Counted from the first letter of the whole stretch, positions 24,101-36,098 are shown. The stretch: 53,190 bases of DNA, filler included, from Sphacelaria rigidula (GCA_964200075.2; 2 parts of 2 records of this genome joined end to end with filler, not necessarily neighbours in it); one strand, 5' to 3'. Numbers and translations are program-made. The notes: generated from the letters alone by a model not told the origin.

Positions 24101-25025
24101 AGCACGGGAATTTCTGCACGTAGTGCTCGACTTTCATTCCGATTCATGTGTAGGTGTTGCCTCACCAGACCACCCACTTTCTTGGGGAGGGGGGGCAAAA
24201 AGGGAAATGTACTCAGTTGTTGCTTGCCTTGGTCGTTTGGCAACTGCCCCTCACTTGAGGGGGAAGGGTATGGGTGACAGTGTCACTGGATGAACTTGGA
24301 AAACCGAACCGTCCTGATCTAAATGCTTGAGTAGCTCCCAACGTGATGCCTTAAAGGGAGGAAGAGTATTTGGGCCAATATGTGCAACTCGCACCGTGGC
24401 ATGAGCAGACGGTGTTTTCTCTCTGTCTCCACACCCTGAACAGTGAATTGCTTCGTCGAAAAAGTTGATTAGTGGTTGTTTTGGGAGCATCCGCGAACGC
24501 GGGAAATTGCACACTCTGAATTACAACGGAAGATTGTGTCGACAAGTGTACTGCGTACAGTACTGACTAATGCATCCGTTGCAACAGACGGTGGATCTAA
24601 TACTGTTTGCAGTACACTTCTATGACGAAATCTATAATGTCCAGGGTGCCGAAGATCGTGTTGCGTATTTTCCCCCGCAGAATTGTGTAGGTTCACAGGT
24701 GAATTTTCCGATCAGGGGGTTCTCTAAAATTAAAAATTCCTGGTGTTTTTCTTTGTTTCTTGGTAGATATGTGTCTACTCTTGTTGCTCCCTGTCTTCGA
24801 CTTGGCTTTTTCTTTTCGTTGTTCTGGTATGACTGAGGTCGAACCCGTCGGCTTTTCCTCGACTGCTCTTCGTTTCACATGATTTTTTTTTTTTCTCTCT
24901 TTCCCTGTCGACAGGGGTCACTGACGGTCAAGTCGGCAGCCTTCGACAGCAGCCTCGGTGGGAGAGACATCGACTGGGCTATCGCGCAGCATTGTGCCGA
25001 GGAGTTCAAGGCCAAGACCGGGAAG
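15177..25025 (+). CDS. HSP110: Hsp110/SSE-subfamily Hsp70 chaperone (HSPA4/HSPH1-like), N-terminal 257 aa of the ATPase domain; exons 15177-15290, 17881-18041, 19500-19599, 20358-20459, 21984-22094, 23284-23355, 24915-25025; 3' part absent
   Basis: Spliced translation: MSVIGVDFGNDTCVIGMAARGGIDIILNENSNRKNPTL/VSFQGKQRLMGEGAASIARSNFRNTVREVKRLVGRSW...LPFKTM/EHPETGGVGIEVEYEDGMKLFTPEQIVACMLTK/LVSIAKAANNGIDVADTVMAIPGWYTDSMRSAML/SACAVGGVNCLRLIHEHTATALAYGIYKSAKGEFHEK/EPQFVLFLDVGHSSFSASVVTFVQ/GSLTVKSAAFDSSLGGRDIDWAIAQHCAEEFKAKTGK. All introns are GT-AG and in frame. The motifs GGIDII.NE.S.R, ALAYGIYK and DxGHS are typical of Hsp110. Confidence 0.95.
16375..17500 (-). mobile_element. ~1.1-kb non-autonomous TIR element, copy 2 (inverted relative to 13678-14845), in Hsp110 intron 1
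   Basis: Termini caagctggtccagccta and taggctggcccagcctg. The interior is the reverse-complement homologue of copy 1. Confidence 0.7.
18311..18660 (-). mobile_element. tRNA-derived SINE in Hsp110 intron 2 (best-preserved Pol III boxes)
   Basis: Minus strand reads gccccggTGGCTCAGTTGG (A box, 18635-18646) ... GGTTCGATTCC (B box, ~18591-18601), followed by the family body. Confidence 0.8.
20735..21785. mobile_element. ~1-kb degenerate TIR element with C-rich/G-rich ends; related fragment at ~23980-24130
   Basis: aaatggccatacagcg...gcttgggaattcccagct (~20780-20880) is the inverted counterpart of agctgagaattcccatgc...cgctgtatggacattt (~21633-21735). Confidence 0.55.
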
Positions 25026-26068
25026 GTACATACCTCTCGGGAACATTGTAGTGTTCGACAGAATTTTTCATATCTATGATCATAATTGATATCACGAATA
25101 TAGACAACGGGGTTCGACGATGACGGTGCTTCCGCACTGCTGCTTAATTTGAGAGGTGCTTCTGTCACTCCCTAGCATCGAGCTGTTGGTCTTCATAAAT
25201 CCTTGGATTGGCTCCGCTGGAGCAGGGCGTCAGAACTTTGATCCGATCCGATCGTCGCAAATGAAATGATTCCATTCCACCCCGGGATCCAGCCGTGGTC
25301 ACATGACAGACGAAGCCGAAATAGGAAAAGGGAGCCCTCGCTGAAAAAAGTCGAGAAAGCACAGGTGGTGTTTCAAAAACGATGGGCAAGATGCATCGGT
25401 AGCGTTCACCCCACTTTGGCTGCAACCTACCTCATGTCCAATATTACTACATTTGAATGTGGAGAACGAGAATCGGATCTTTGGTAGGGCTGACAGTCCT
25501 GTGTGCCCACATTAATAGTGTGTGCAGTACTCGTTGGGTTCTGATTCGAGGTCTACCAGGTGAACTTCGCTTGGGAAACCCTACGCGGCGCCCTTGCCCG
25601 ATGATCGTTGGTGTGCCTCGGGCAGGGCACTAGGCTTGGGGTTAGCGTCAGTGTTGAATATGTATCAACCATGAGTTAGTTTGTAGCCCAACTGAAGTAA
25701 TCATGTGTTTCATCGAGTCAGACCAGGAATAAATAAAACACACGAAGAAGAAAAGCACTCGGAAGCAGCATGTCGTAAGTCGCCGCAATCATAGATCTGG
25801 CCGATGCTTGAATGAACCACGATGGCCGCTTTGGACGCTTTTTTTTTGTCTCGATAAGATACGGCCGTGTCTCATCAAGTCTGGGGAAGAATGAGCGTGG
25901 TAAGGAAAAGGCCCCGGGAGCAGCGTTTTGATTGGTCGGCGGTCAAGTCCACCATTACGGCGACCAATCGACATGCTGCTCTTGGACGCTTGTTTCTCTC
26001 TCCGCTTTTTTTTCGGTTTTGATGACACACGGCCTGAACCCTCTTCGAGTACACTGAAGAAAATAATC

Positions 26069-26321
26069 CACACGTCGGACAGCTCATGAGCTACCTGGAT
26101 ATTTCTATTGTAAAGTACTTCTCTGGATCATGAGCTAGCTCATTTGCCCACAATTTACTGTTCAACTTCCGACAGCGATGGACGCCAAGCACGGTATAGC
26201 CGAAAGGTAACGCTTGGGCTTCTCGGACACTGCTGTCACCTGTTTTGTGTCCTGGTACGATGGATCTGAGAGTTGTGTTCGATGAGGTATTTCAGGTAGC
26301 TCATAAGCTGTCCGGTGTGTG
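26069..26321. mobile_element. MITE, second copy of the 2246-2502 family
   Basis: cacacgtcggacagctcatgagctacc ... ggtagctcataagctgtccggtgtgtg. Confidence 0.75.
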
Positions 26322-26558
26322 AAATTATTGCAGAAAAAAATACCTCAACTGCTGTGCCCTGCGTTCCCCCCGCCCCCCTCCCCCCCCCCCGTCTCGAAAG
26401 GGATGCGTGGTCAATGATCAAACGACGAAGGCGAGCAACAAGTGAGTATGCTCCCCCCCTCTGGTTAATGGTTGAACAACAAATGCAAGCAACAAATGAG
26501 TTTCCACACAACCACACCCCAACCTACCTCACCCCTCCATCTCCCACATAACCCCACA

Positions 26559-26658
26559 NNNNNNNNNNNNNNNNNNNNNNNNNNNNNNNNNNNNNNNNNN
26601 NNTTAATTAATTAANNNNNNNNNNNNNNNNNNNNNNNNNNNNNNNNNNNNNNNNNNNN
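26559..26658. other. Artificial 100-bp assembly spacer (44 N + TTAATTAATTAA + 44 N)
   Basis: Exactly symmetric. The 12-mer places stop codons in all six frames, which is a standard design for scaffold/pseudomolecule linkers. Confidence 0.9.
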
Positions 26659-28297
26659 GGTTGCTTCAATGGAAGCTGTCACGTACACGACCAATTTGAC
26701 ACATCACTTTATCGCAACGACGTAGTCAGTCCATTACAACAAAAGATCCCCTCTTTCAGGAAAAAACGATTAGTGCCTGAAACAGTTTTAGTTCCGAAAT
26801 GCCCTCCAGGCGTGAAAATGCTTTGTGCGGTATCTCACCAACCAGACCGCCGAATTCCTCGAATAGGGTACTGTACGGTAGCTACGTGCATAGGACGTGT
26901 GCTCAAGCAAAAAAAAACAAAAAAGTTGCCTGTTAGGAACGCAATAGAGCACCCACTCTGAATCTGAACCTACGTTTTGAATCTCACGAATATAGTGTTC
27001 GTTGTCGTTTTGGTACGTTCCGGCATTCTGCTACTGGTCGACACCTCAACATGCCTCGTATGTGAAGTCCCCGTAGTACCCGCACGCGGTGTATACGACG
27101 CTGCTGTACTCATCAAAGCATGTCGATATCTTTGAATCTCGCCTTCTTGCCCGCCTCCTTGAACACGCGCGACCTGTACCCCACATGGAGATTTCTGGCT
27201 GCCACGTGCCTCTATTATACAGAGGGCCTTCCGTTTCTTGTCGTACTATGTGAACACCTCTCAACAGTGAATCCGATCCGCACCGAACCAGTAGCCTTGG
27301 TGGTTGGATTCCTTATTGATATCAACCCGCAGTCGCTTTTCATAACCATGCCCGGGGAAACGTCGCAGACGCTATGTGAACCCAGCCTTCGTCTGCCTTC
27401 CACCCTTTTCAGTATTTTTTTCGTGTGTCATTCCCGATTTTGTTCAGAAAACCTGTGTTGGAATTCTCTGTGGCTGATTCCCAACGAAAGGGTTGAAAAA
27501 GTGAAAGGAGGAAAAGGGGGGTCTTCGCACATGCGTCCTTTATATCTTGTCAAAATTTCATAGAAAACGGCTCATTTTTGACCATCGAAATCGCGTTTTC
27601 ATTTTCATTTGGCCTGTTCCAACTTACGATATACCTCAAGTTGTGCCCACAATGACACATCGTGGTAATCAACATGCTAACGCACGTCTGTCAATCTACG
27701 TGGCACTGCGATCCAACGACTCTTCATCGAACTAAGTACAAGACTGTAACCATCTGCAAAATGAAGGGAATTGGGAGTGACATGTGCGACGAAGTATCGC
27801 TTACATCCGCTTTTGCCGCGGCCGCGAGTCGTGGTGCCGTTGCGATTGTACAACAATGCATATCGTACTGTAGGCGCGCAGTGTATAGGATGGCGCGCAG
27901 ACGAGACCCCCACCGCGCCAAGGCGTCCGCGTCTGGGGTTATTGTGGGAACCAGTGAGTAGTGGGTGACGAAAGGTTGTACAGAACATGAAAATTCCGAC
28001 TGAGGTTCTTGGCTGATCCGTTTCCACAAAGGAACCGTTTTTTTTACAAAAAGAGAGCTTCTGGAGCGGCCCAGCTAGTGATAAATAAATTCAAAGCTGA
28101 AGATGTATTTTCGTGATACCCCAGCGAGTGTCCATACAACGTTGCAAAGCACAACTCTCGACAAGCGAGATACGAAATCCTGTGTATTGAGTGCCTCTTT
28201 GTGCCATATATTGATTTTAGCATGGAATCTTATGTGCGCCAGCTCTCTAGAAAGAAACAAAATTAGGTGAAGATAAGGATATCAATCATTTCCCCGT

Positions 28298-28632
28298 TGT
28301 AATGCGTGAGAGGACCGCGCCGTTGTTCAAAACACCTCAGGATCGACATTTTTCAAAACCAATCGGGGCAGTCCCTGGAGGTACCATGCCCCTGACCATA
28401 ACCCTAACACTAACCCTAACCCTCATATGGCTAGGATTGACCCTCATATGGTTAGGGTTGATCCTAATATGGTTAGGGGGTTAACCCTAATGTGTTTAGG
28501 GTTTGTTTAGGGTTAGGGATAGTGTTGGAGTAAGAGTCAGGCGCGCGGTCCCTGCAGGGACTGGCCCGAGCGTTCTTGATTACAAATTGTCCCGGGGTGA
28601 TTTGAACTCCGACGCGTTCACCACGTATTACA
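28298..28632. mobile_element. TIR element (TGTAATGCGTG...CACGTATTACA) with internal telomere-like CCCTAA/TTAGGG repeats
   Basis: ~110-bp imperfect inverted arms enclose degenerate (CCCTAA)n and then (TTAGGG)n. Related copies lie at 28786-28862 (partial) and 33498-33723. Confidence 0.7.
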
Positions 28633-29278
28633 GTCTGGGCATATCTTTTCTCGTTGATTTAACGCCATGTCAAGTAATCCCTCTACCGTAGTACGAAGTG
28701 GGGTCCATACTGAAGTCTACATGACACCCCGAACGATATATACAGCGGATGATGACTTTTGGAGTGAACATTCCCTCGAGCTCGGTGTAATGCGTGAGAG
28801 GACCGCATGCTTAGAGGACCGCATCGGAATTTGAACATCCCGATGGTTAGGGTTAGGGTTATTAGAAGGTTTCGGAAAACAAATTTTTGAGCCAAAAACT
28901 CGGTGATAATTTGCGTCTTCTCACTAAAATCCAATCAAACGATAATTATCCCTGAGTTTTTCCGGCCTGTTTTTGTTTTCCGAAACTCTTCATTATGGTT
29001 AACATATTAGGGCTTCACACTCTGATGTGGTCCAAAAAGCACGTGATTCCCCCCCGCATTACATAGACCTTCGAGCTGATGGGCGCATCTTCCCCTTGGT
29101 TAGTATTGATGAGAGACGTGTGTGAGAGCTGACCCAGATCATATACCCTACGTGTCCCGCCGTCTCTAGAACATGAAGTGACCTGCTCACCATCGCAGGC
29201 CATTTAATCTTCTACAAGCGTTGAGCGTGCGTTGGAAATGTTGACCACTCATGTTTCGTTTCTTGATTTGCCGTGCAG

Positions 29279-29350
29279 GACCTATCTCCGGAGCGCTTGG
29301 AGATCTCGATGAGCTGAGGGTGCTGAAGCTGAACAGTAACGAGCTCACGG
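29279..29350 (+). CDS. LRR exon A (72 nt, phase 1-1): (G)PISGALGDLDELRVLKLNSNELT
   Basis: tgcag|GA...ACGG|gtaag; fits the plant-type 24-aa LRR consensus. Confidence 0.9.
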
Positions 29351-29499
29351 GTAAGAAATGATCTAATGGACAGATTTGTATTATTGAAGCTGTGCCATGC
29401 GTAGCCGAGAAGGCCAGTGTATGATGTAGAGCCGGAGGCAAGACACGATCGATCTTACGGAAATCGACAGAAGCATTGTGTTGACTTTCCTGTCTACAG

Positions 29500-29571
29500 G
29501 ACACATACCATCGCAACTTGGGAATCTCGGCGCCTTGGAGCACCTCGACCTCAGCGATAACAAGTTGAATG
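29500..29571 (+). CDS. LRR exon B (72 nt): (G)HIPSQLGNLGALEHLDLSDNKLN
   Basis: tacag|GA...AATG|gtgag; 24-aa LRR. Confidence 0.92.
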
Positions 29572-29935
29572 GTGAGTTCATAAGTTCGTACAGCGAATTC
29601 TATTTTTCCTACCGCAAATGTCTTGAAAACGGCATGTGTTCCGCGCGCGGATGTCGTTCAACACGTTGTTCGTCTCACCTGAGGATCTCATCCCTGCGTG
29701 TATTCGGTTGCAGCAGGCCTCATCCCCTCTCGAGTTAAGTGGTGAGCCTTCCCAATCGTAGATTTGAAAGCACAAGCTTTCGGTTTTCATAGAGATATGT
29801 CCTACGTGGTCCGCCTGCGCCGCTAGAATATGAAGCGAAACCCTCAATGTCGCAGGCCATTTCATCTCGTTAAAGTACTCAGCTTTTGTCGAACGTATTG
29901 CTTGTTCGCGGCTTATTTCTTGCTTTGCTGTGCAG

Positions 29936-30007
29936 GTCACATTCCCGAGGCACTCGGAGGTCTCGGGAAGCTGAAGGTACTGAAGCTGAACGGAAACGAG
30001 CTTACCG
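29936..30007 (+). CDS. LRR exon C (72 nt): (G)HIPEALGGLGKLKVLKLNGNELT
   Basis: tgcag|GT...ACCG|gtgag; 24-aa LRR. Confidence 0.92.
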
Positions 30008-30214
30008 GTGAGAGATGGTGAAAAGGATAGGTTTCTTTTCTGGAACGTGTGTCCCAACCATGCGTGAGCGAGTGGAGTGGGCCAGCACATGGTGTAGAGG
30101 CGTAGGCAGCACAACCGATTTCTCGAAATTCCGACAGCACTATCTATGCGTTGACTGCCATGTCCAATAATGTTCGTTGTCAAGGGGTAAAACCGAGTAG
30201 GAGCCACGAACAGA

Positions 30215-30606
30215 CAACTCTAAAAAATGAGGTTGTACGATGAATTGAGGTTCGAGCCCGAAACAGTGCTTTCCCCACACTTTCAGCGATAGCGCTCGAT
30301 GACTTTTTTGTCCGCTTTATGCCCCTCGATCGCGTAGATACTTCTTCAGCACAATTTACCGACTCTGTGAGCTTACAGCGCTGATAGAAACCGTCATTTC
30401 CCCTGATATTACCTCCCATTAAAAAATGAGGGAAAACGACGGTTTCAGCTTACAAAGTCGGTAAAAATGCGCTGAAAAAATACCTGCATGATCGAGGAGC
30501 ATTAGGCCGACAAAATATCCATTGAGCATCATCGCTGTAAGTGTGGGGGAAACACTGTTTCGTGCTTGAACCTCATTTCATCATACAACCTCATTTTATA
30601 AAGTTG
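30215..30606. mobile_element. Foldback/MITE element, almost fully palindromic (~390 bp)
   Basis: caactctaaaaaatgaggttgtacgatgaattgaggttcgagc...gaaaccgtcatttccc and gggaaaacgacggtttc...gcttgaacctcatttcatcatacaacctcattttataaagttg. Confidence 0.8.
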
Positions 30607-33497
30607 AGTGATGCTACGGTGGGGTACACAAATATTTACTGAGGTTAGAATTGTTAGGAGCCCTTTATCTCATTCGAAACACTACGTATGAAGATATGCG
30701 AGAGTACGCCAGGATTACTATTCCAATGTGCTGGGGATATCCCGAAAAGGTCTGCAAACGGGGATGCCTTGACCCATATTCTTTCGCGTCTAGAATCGTT
30801 AGGAGCCGCTGAACCAGACAAAACTTCGCGAAGAAAGTGCACCCCTACCGTAGCATTGCTCAGTCGTCTGTTACAAGATGTTTCATGGTGTGATGGGAGA
30901 GCAGACGGCACAAATAAAAGCTCCCTACGGCATATTCCTCCCACGTTCGCCGCTGCCTTACGAGCTGGGCCAGCCTAGGGTCGAATTTGCAGTTTGCTGG
31001 CCCATTCGCTGGCCACTACTTATAGGTGGACCCTAACATTTGACCTAAGACCACAAGGGCCATTATAAACATGTTTACGTACTTGGGAAAACCGAACTGT
31101 TTTGCTTTTACATAGGTTGCGAAATTTGGTACATGTTGCTACGCCGGGAAACCTTTGTGCAGACGCCAGTCAGTCCAGTAGAGCGACGAAAGCTAGCTAT
31201 GATAGGGTTTGCCTGCCGTACTACCGCCAGCGTTGCTTGAAAGCCACAAGACCTTTGCGGTCGGCGGTTGATGGCGCGGGTGTCAAATGCAACGACAAGT
31301 GGTTGATCATAGAGCACCCTTGTTCCTCGCGGGGTTATATCTCGTCCCAGGTTGTAGTGCGTGACCTTCTCACATCGGAATTTATTCTTGAAAGCTACTG
31401 TACCGAGGTGTTCACGCAGCCAGCGCGTGTTCTAGATTGCAGCATGGACGCACCACTCTGCACCACGCTAGCAACGGTTGGATCACTACCATAGGTATCT
31501 TTTTTCACTCCACATATCAAAAAGGTCTTCATAAGTGTTTAATCTCTCATACACCCCCCTCAACTGGCGTCTCGCACGCTCTTGTCGTTGGGCATCCAGA
31601 GGGTCATTCACGTACATGCCGGGTATAATCAACGATGCATAACACCCCCCAAGTTCAAATTTGATATATCTGTTGTTTTCGCCGCACCACCGCCCTTGCT
31701 GGCAAGTGTGTGACAGAGAGTAGTAGTAGCGGTGACGGGAACATTGCCCTATTTTTCAACGACATGGTTTTCAGCGCACAGAGGCGTGTCCTGTCCAAAA
31801 AGAGAGGCAGAGAGAAATCAATCTTCGCATTGGTGAGCTCCACAGGCAAGTAGAGACGAAAGTTGTCCGCAGCTCGATGTTCTGGCACATGGAAAACTGG
31901 GTACATGCTGGAAACATCGATGATGCCAGTTTCTCGAGCTATTGGTAATCGCCGAGCGAGGACACACACAGGACATGGGCGAGGAGCTTCGTCTCTGTCG
32001 TTGCTTCTCTCTCTGGTGATATCGTCATCGACACGCGTGTACACCGCATTCGTTCGGTGCACCTAGCCACAACTGGTTCATTGCTGCAGAGTTTTGGGGG
32101 GAAATATGGTTTCGCTTTGTGTAACTGTGTAGCATCATCCCTGCAAAAAAGATATGCTACTTGAACCTCATTTTCGAGATGGGTCCCATGTTTCAGGATC
32201 CACTGTTACGTGATGTATCTCGAATCTGTTTACAATTATTGACGTGCCTTCTCTTCCGGTTCGTGCACCTCGCGATGCACATGAAACGAATGGTCGTTCT
32301 GGTTGGAAGACACTCACTGTCAACTGCAACTGCACTTGTTGCATGCAACTACTTCCACTTTGCGATTAAAAGTGAAGCGCTCCTCGTAGATAAGTATTTC
32401 GTTTTTCACTGGGCCCAAGGGTCTGTCAAGAAAATATTTCGGGACGCGTAGGCTCCAAGATAAAAAATCTGAGTTTTTTCGGGGGGGGGGGGGAACAGCC
32501 AGCCTGCTATCCACTAGTTTATTACTGAGCGTTGGCAGATACGGTCAGCTGCCGTGTACAGATATCCTTGGCATGGAGACCGCTGAGATGACGGGCACAC
32601 CGCCCCTTCGAGTTCATCACCTACCATGATTACATCTATGGGATCACGTTCCGTGTCGTGTGCCTCGACTACCTACCGCTAGCCGGGGCAGATTCGGCGA
32701 GGCGTGATAAAATGTTGCTATTTTTGCTACAGGCTGTCGCTACCGTGCGCTCGTGTATAGTACATAGATGTTGTGTGAGTATTGCCGGCATCCGAGGTCA
32801 AGGAGAAGAAGCAAGCGCGGGTAAGGAGAAGCAAATATGCGAACCTCGCAAAGCCCGCCAGACTTTTCGGTTTTCGCTAATGTCGATCAATTTCTTTCAA
32901 CCATATAAAAAAAAAAACATGACAATCTAAAAATTGCCCTCCGGTATGGGGGGGGTGTACTCATGATCACGCATGCTATGATCATGAGTACAACGCATTT
33001 CCGTACTCCTACAGCTTCTGCAATGACAAACTATCTCCGAGTAGATTAACGTTGAACGGAGACTGGGAGAAAACAAGCAGTAGATACCCGATAGGATGCC
33101 GACGGTGAAGGACGCGGGAGGTAGGTGGGGAATGGGAAGAGATCAGTGTGCAGGCAACGCGCTGCGGTTGAGTTGTCGTTGCAACCGAAGGGGGTGGCGT
33201 TTGGAGTTTTGAGAAACAGTTGGCGGTGAAGGAGTCTCTTTTCTGGTAGTTTTGAGGCGATATTTTGGAATGTTGGGCAGCGAGACAAGGTGCACCTCGT
33301 GTGTGATGATGAAATTCCGCGAGTTAAGGATAGGTGGTGCAGCGGGTGGGTGTCGAAGCGACGAGTCCCATGTCACTAGGTAATCAGGGCGCTGTGCGGA
33401 ACTGGTGGTTATCAGTGTAACTGGGCTATTCTTTTAGCCACACCCAGTCAGTGATGACAACAATGGAGGGTACGATATCGAACCGATGAGGAGGTAG

Positions 33498-33723
33498 CTG
33501 TAATGCGTGAGAGACCCGCGTGCTTAGGGGACCGCATCGGAATTTCAAGACCCCTATGTTTGAGGTAAGGGTCAGGGTTAGGGTTAAGGATAGTGTTGGG
33601 GTTAGGGTCAAGGGCGCGGTCCCTGCAGGGGCTGGTCCGAGCGATCTTGAACAACGTCGGTCTCGGGGTGTTTTGAACTCCGATGCGGTCCACACAAGCA
33701 CACGATCCTGCCACGCATTACAG
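33498..33723. mobile_element. TIR element with internal TTAGGG-like repeats (family of 28298-28632)
   Basis: Perfect 12-bp TIR CTGTAATGCGTG ... CACGCATTACAG; interior gggtcagggttagggtt...ggggttagggtc. Confidence 0.75.
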
Positions 33724-35238
33724 GATGGTCCGACTGTCTCCATGAGGGTTGAGAGAACGTGGCTTCGATTCTTACCAGATACGCTGGGTTCTTTTCTTGG
33801 AAGTTTATGTGATTTCCACCGTCGGAAGCGGGTGTATGTGAGTAGACATGAAGTAGTTGACTAGAGTTGTTATATCGGCGGAAAAGGCCGTAGTGCGGAA
33901 GTGCTGACCCAATCCGCAAATCAAAGTGCTAGACGTCTACAAGGGAGGGATGGGTTGATTTTTTGGGACGATGGACTGTTTCCGAGAAAGAGGACGAGTT
34001 CGAAGTGCGACAAAAATGAAAATCTGCGACAGGGTTTGTATAGCATGCATTCGGGACCTCCACGAGCACTCCACTTGAGCACCGTACCGTACGTAGAGTT
34101 TGAATTGGCTTGTCAAATAATTGAGCTGTACGCCTGAGACTTCGGATTACAGGAAAACGCAAGCAGCACAGAGGGCGGTATGGTCATACTTACTTGATGA
34201 GCAACAGAGGACCACGGCGGAACATGAGGTGCAGTCCTCCTTCTCTCAATTAGCCTCTGAAGTTATTGCACTGGTTGTGACTGCACTGACGATACTGCCT
34301 GTCTTGAACTATATTACAATTCACTGAGTACGGTACATTGGTTAAGTATTCCTGCTGTAGAAGTCCATTCCCATGTGGTTTCGACAGCGATTGCCCGAGA
34401 CACGACCCCACCCTGGTACCTGCTCCGTGGCTACTACTAAAAGAGCTCCTGATGTTTGTCTCACCGCACAGTCTGGGTGGTGCGGGAAACCAATTCTCTT
34501 ATGAAAGGGTGCGACTATTCCTCACCAGCCGCATGATAATCCTTCCCTGGCTGAATGCATACTCCCGGGTGCGAGAGGAGTACTTCTTTTGAACCGACAT
34601 TTAATGCCGTAACGCAGCATGCAGGTGGCGGGATTTCATGTCCGCCGTCAAGGTCTATTCATCCAGATACGCGAAACCTTTGACGGCGGTTTCCTCTGTT
34701 GGCCGTGGGTCTATCGCAACTGTACGACAAAACGACGGGGTAAAATTATTACACCTTATCCCCACCTTGGGCCGCATGTAGGACGGGGGCCTGGATGCAA
34801 TCTCGGGTTAGTGCATGCTACTTAGCCTGCGGAATTCGCGATGAAGCGCTCCACTCAATCTAACTAGATTAGCCGAAAATTATCCACAGACCAATGCTTG
34901 AACAGTTTACTGGCGATCACGGACTATGTTCTGTAAGCTTTGCCATACACGTGATCCTCTTCCGTAATCGTGTCACGCTCATTTGGCATATCCTTCACGT
35001 CTCGAGATCTACCGGTGGTGACCATCCCCTCGTCGTTCAAACTTGGTGCATGATGTTCGCCTGACGAGGGTTGGGCCTGTCGCTGCCTGAACCTTCGTCA
35101 CCTGCAAGAGCTAAACCAGTTTGGGTCTCGTTGATTTCTTGTGAAATTGTGTCCCGTCCACGTGTAGGCGGGACACAGTTGTAGAACGGTAGGAGACATG
35201 ATGTGATTGTATACACGCTCGTTTCCAATACCATGCAG

Positions 35239-35310
35239 GCGAGATCCCATCGTCGCTCGGACAGCTTGGGAGCCTAGAAGTGCTTGACCTCGGCTTTAAC
35301 CAGCTCAACG
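35239..35310 (+). CDS. LRR cassette exon 1: GEIPSSLGQLGSLEVLDLGFNQLN
   Basis: 72 nt, atgcag|GC...G|gtgagt, phase 1-1. Confidence 0.9.
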
Positions 35311-35500
35311 GTGAGTCTGCGAAACGAATCACGGTGTGTAGGAGCAGGGGCGATATTCGAACAGCCGAGAATGGCGCCAGTTCGGATCCCGTTTGTGCTT
35401 TATGGAACTGTGTCCCGTCCACGAGTCGGCGAGACACCGTTGTAAAAACGACGGGAGAGATGATGTGATTGTATCCACGCTCGCTTCCAACACCATGCAG

Positions 35501-35572
35501 GCGAGATCCCATCGTCGCTCGGACAGCTTGAGAAGTTGCAAGAGCTTTCCCTTGGCGTAAACCATCTTGGCG
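35501..35572 (+). CDS. LRR cassette exon 2: GEIPSSLGQLEKLQELSLGVNHLG
   Basis: 72 nt, canonical splice sites. Confidence 0.9.
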
Positions 35573-35762
35573 GTGAGTCTGCGAAACGAATCATGGTGTG
35601 GGGGAGCAGGGGTGATATTCGAACAGCCGAGAATGGCGCCAGTGCGAATCCCGTTGTTGTCTTGTGGGAATGTGTCTCGTTCACGTGTCGGCGGGACACA
35701 GCTGTAGAAACGGTGGGAGACATGATGTGGTTGTATACACGCTCGTTTCCAACACCATGCAG

Positions 35763-35834
35763 GCGAGATTCCATCGTCGCTCGGGCAGCTTGGGAGCCTG
35801 GAAGCGTTTTCCTTCGGCGTAAACCAGCTCAACG
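35763..35834 (+). CDS. LRR cassette exon 3: GEIPSSLGQLGSLEAFSFGVNQLN
   Basis: 72 nt, canonical splice sites. Confidence 0.9.
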
Positions 35835-36026
35835 GTGAGTTTGCGGAGCGAATCATGGTGTGTGGGGAACCAGGGGCGATATTCGAACAGCCGAGAATGG
35901 CGCCAATTCGGATCCCGTTGGTGCTTTATGGAACTGTGTCCCGTCCACGTGTCGGCGGGACGCAGTTGTAGAAACGGTAGGAGACATGATGTGATTGTAT
36001 CCACGCTCGCTTCCAACACCATGCAG

Positions 36027-36098
36027 GCGAGATCCCGTCGTCGCTCGGACAGCTTGGGAAGTTGCAAGAGCTTGACCTCCGCGGAAACCAGCTCCACG
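36027..36098 (+). CDS. LRR cassette exon 4: GEIPSSLGQLGKLQELDLRGNQLH
   Basis: 72 nt, canonical splice sites. Confidence 0.9.

Noticed and set aside
26603-26614. TTAATTAATTAA as a biological motif (PacI or piggyBac-like site)
   Set aside because: It is centred exactly within 44+44 Ns, so it is an artificial linker.
28390-28530. True telomere or chromosome fusion point
   Set aside because: The repeats are short, degenerate and enclosed by TIRs shared with other copies.
24915-29350. Hsp70-LRR fusion gene
   Set aside because: The two parts are separated by an assembly join, and the intron phases are incompatible (phase 0 donor vs phase 1 acceptor).
31500-32062. Possible copia RNase H/PPT remnant on the minus strand
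   Set aside because: Only vague similarity (IDV, G-rich tracts) and no LTR pair identified.
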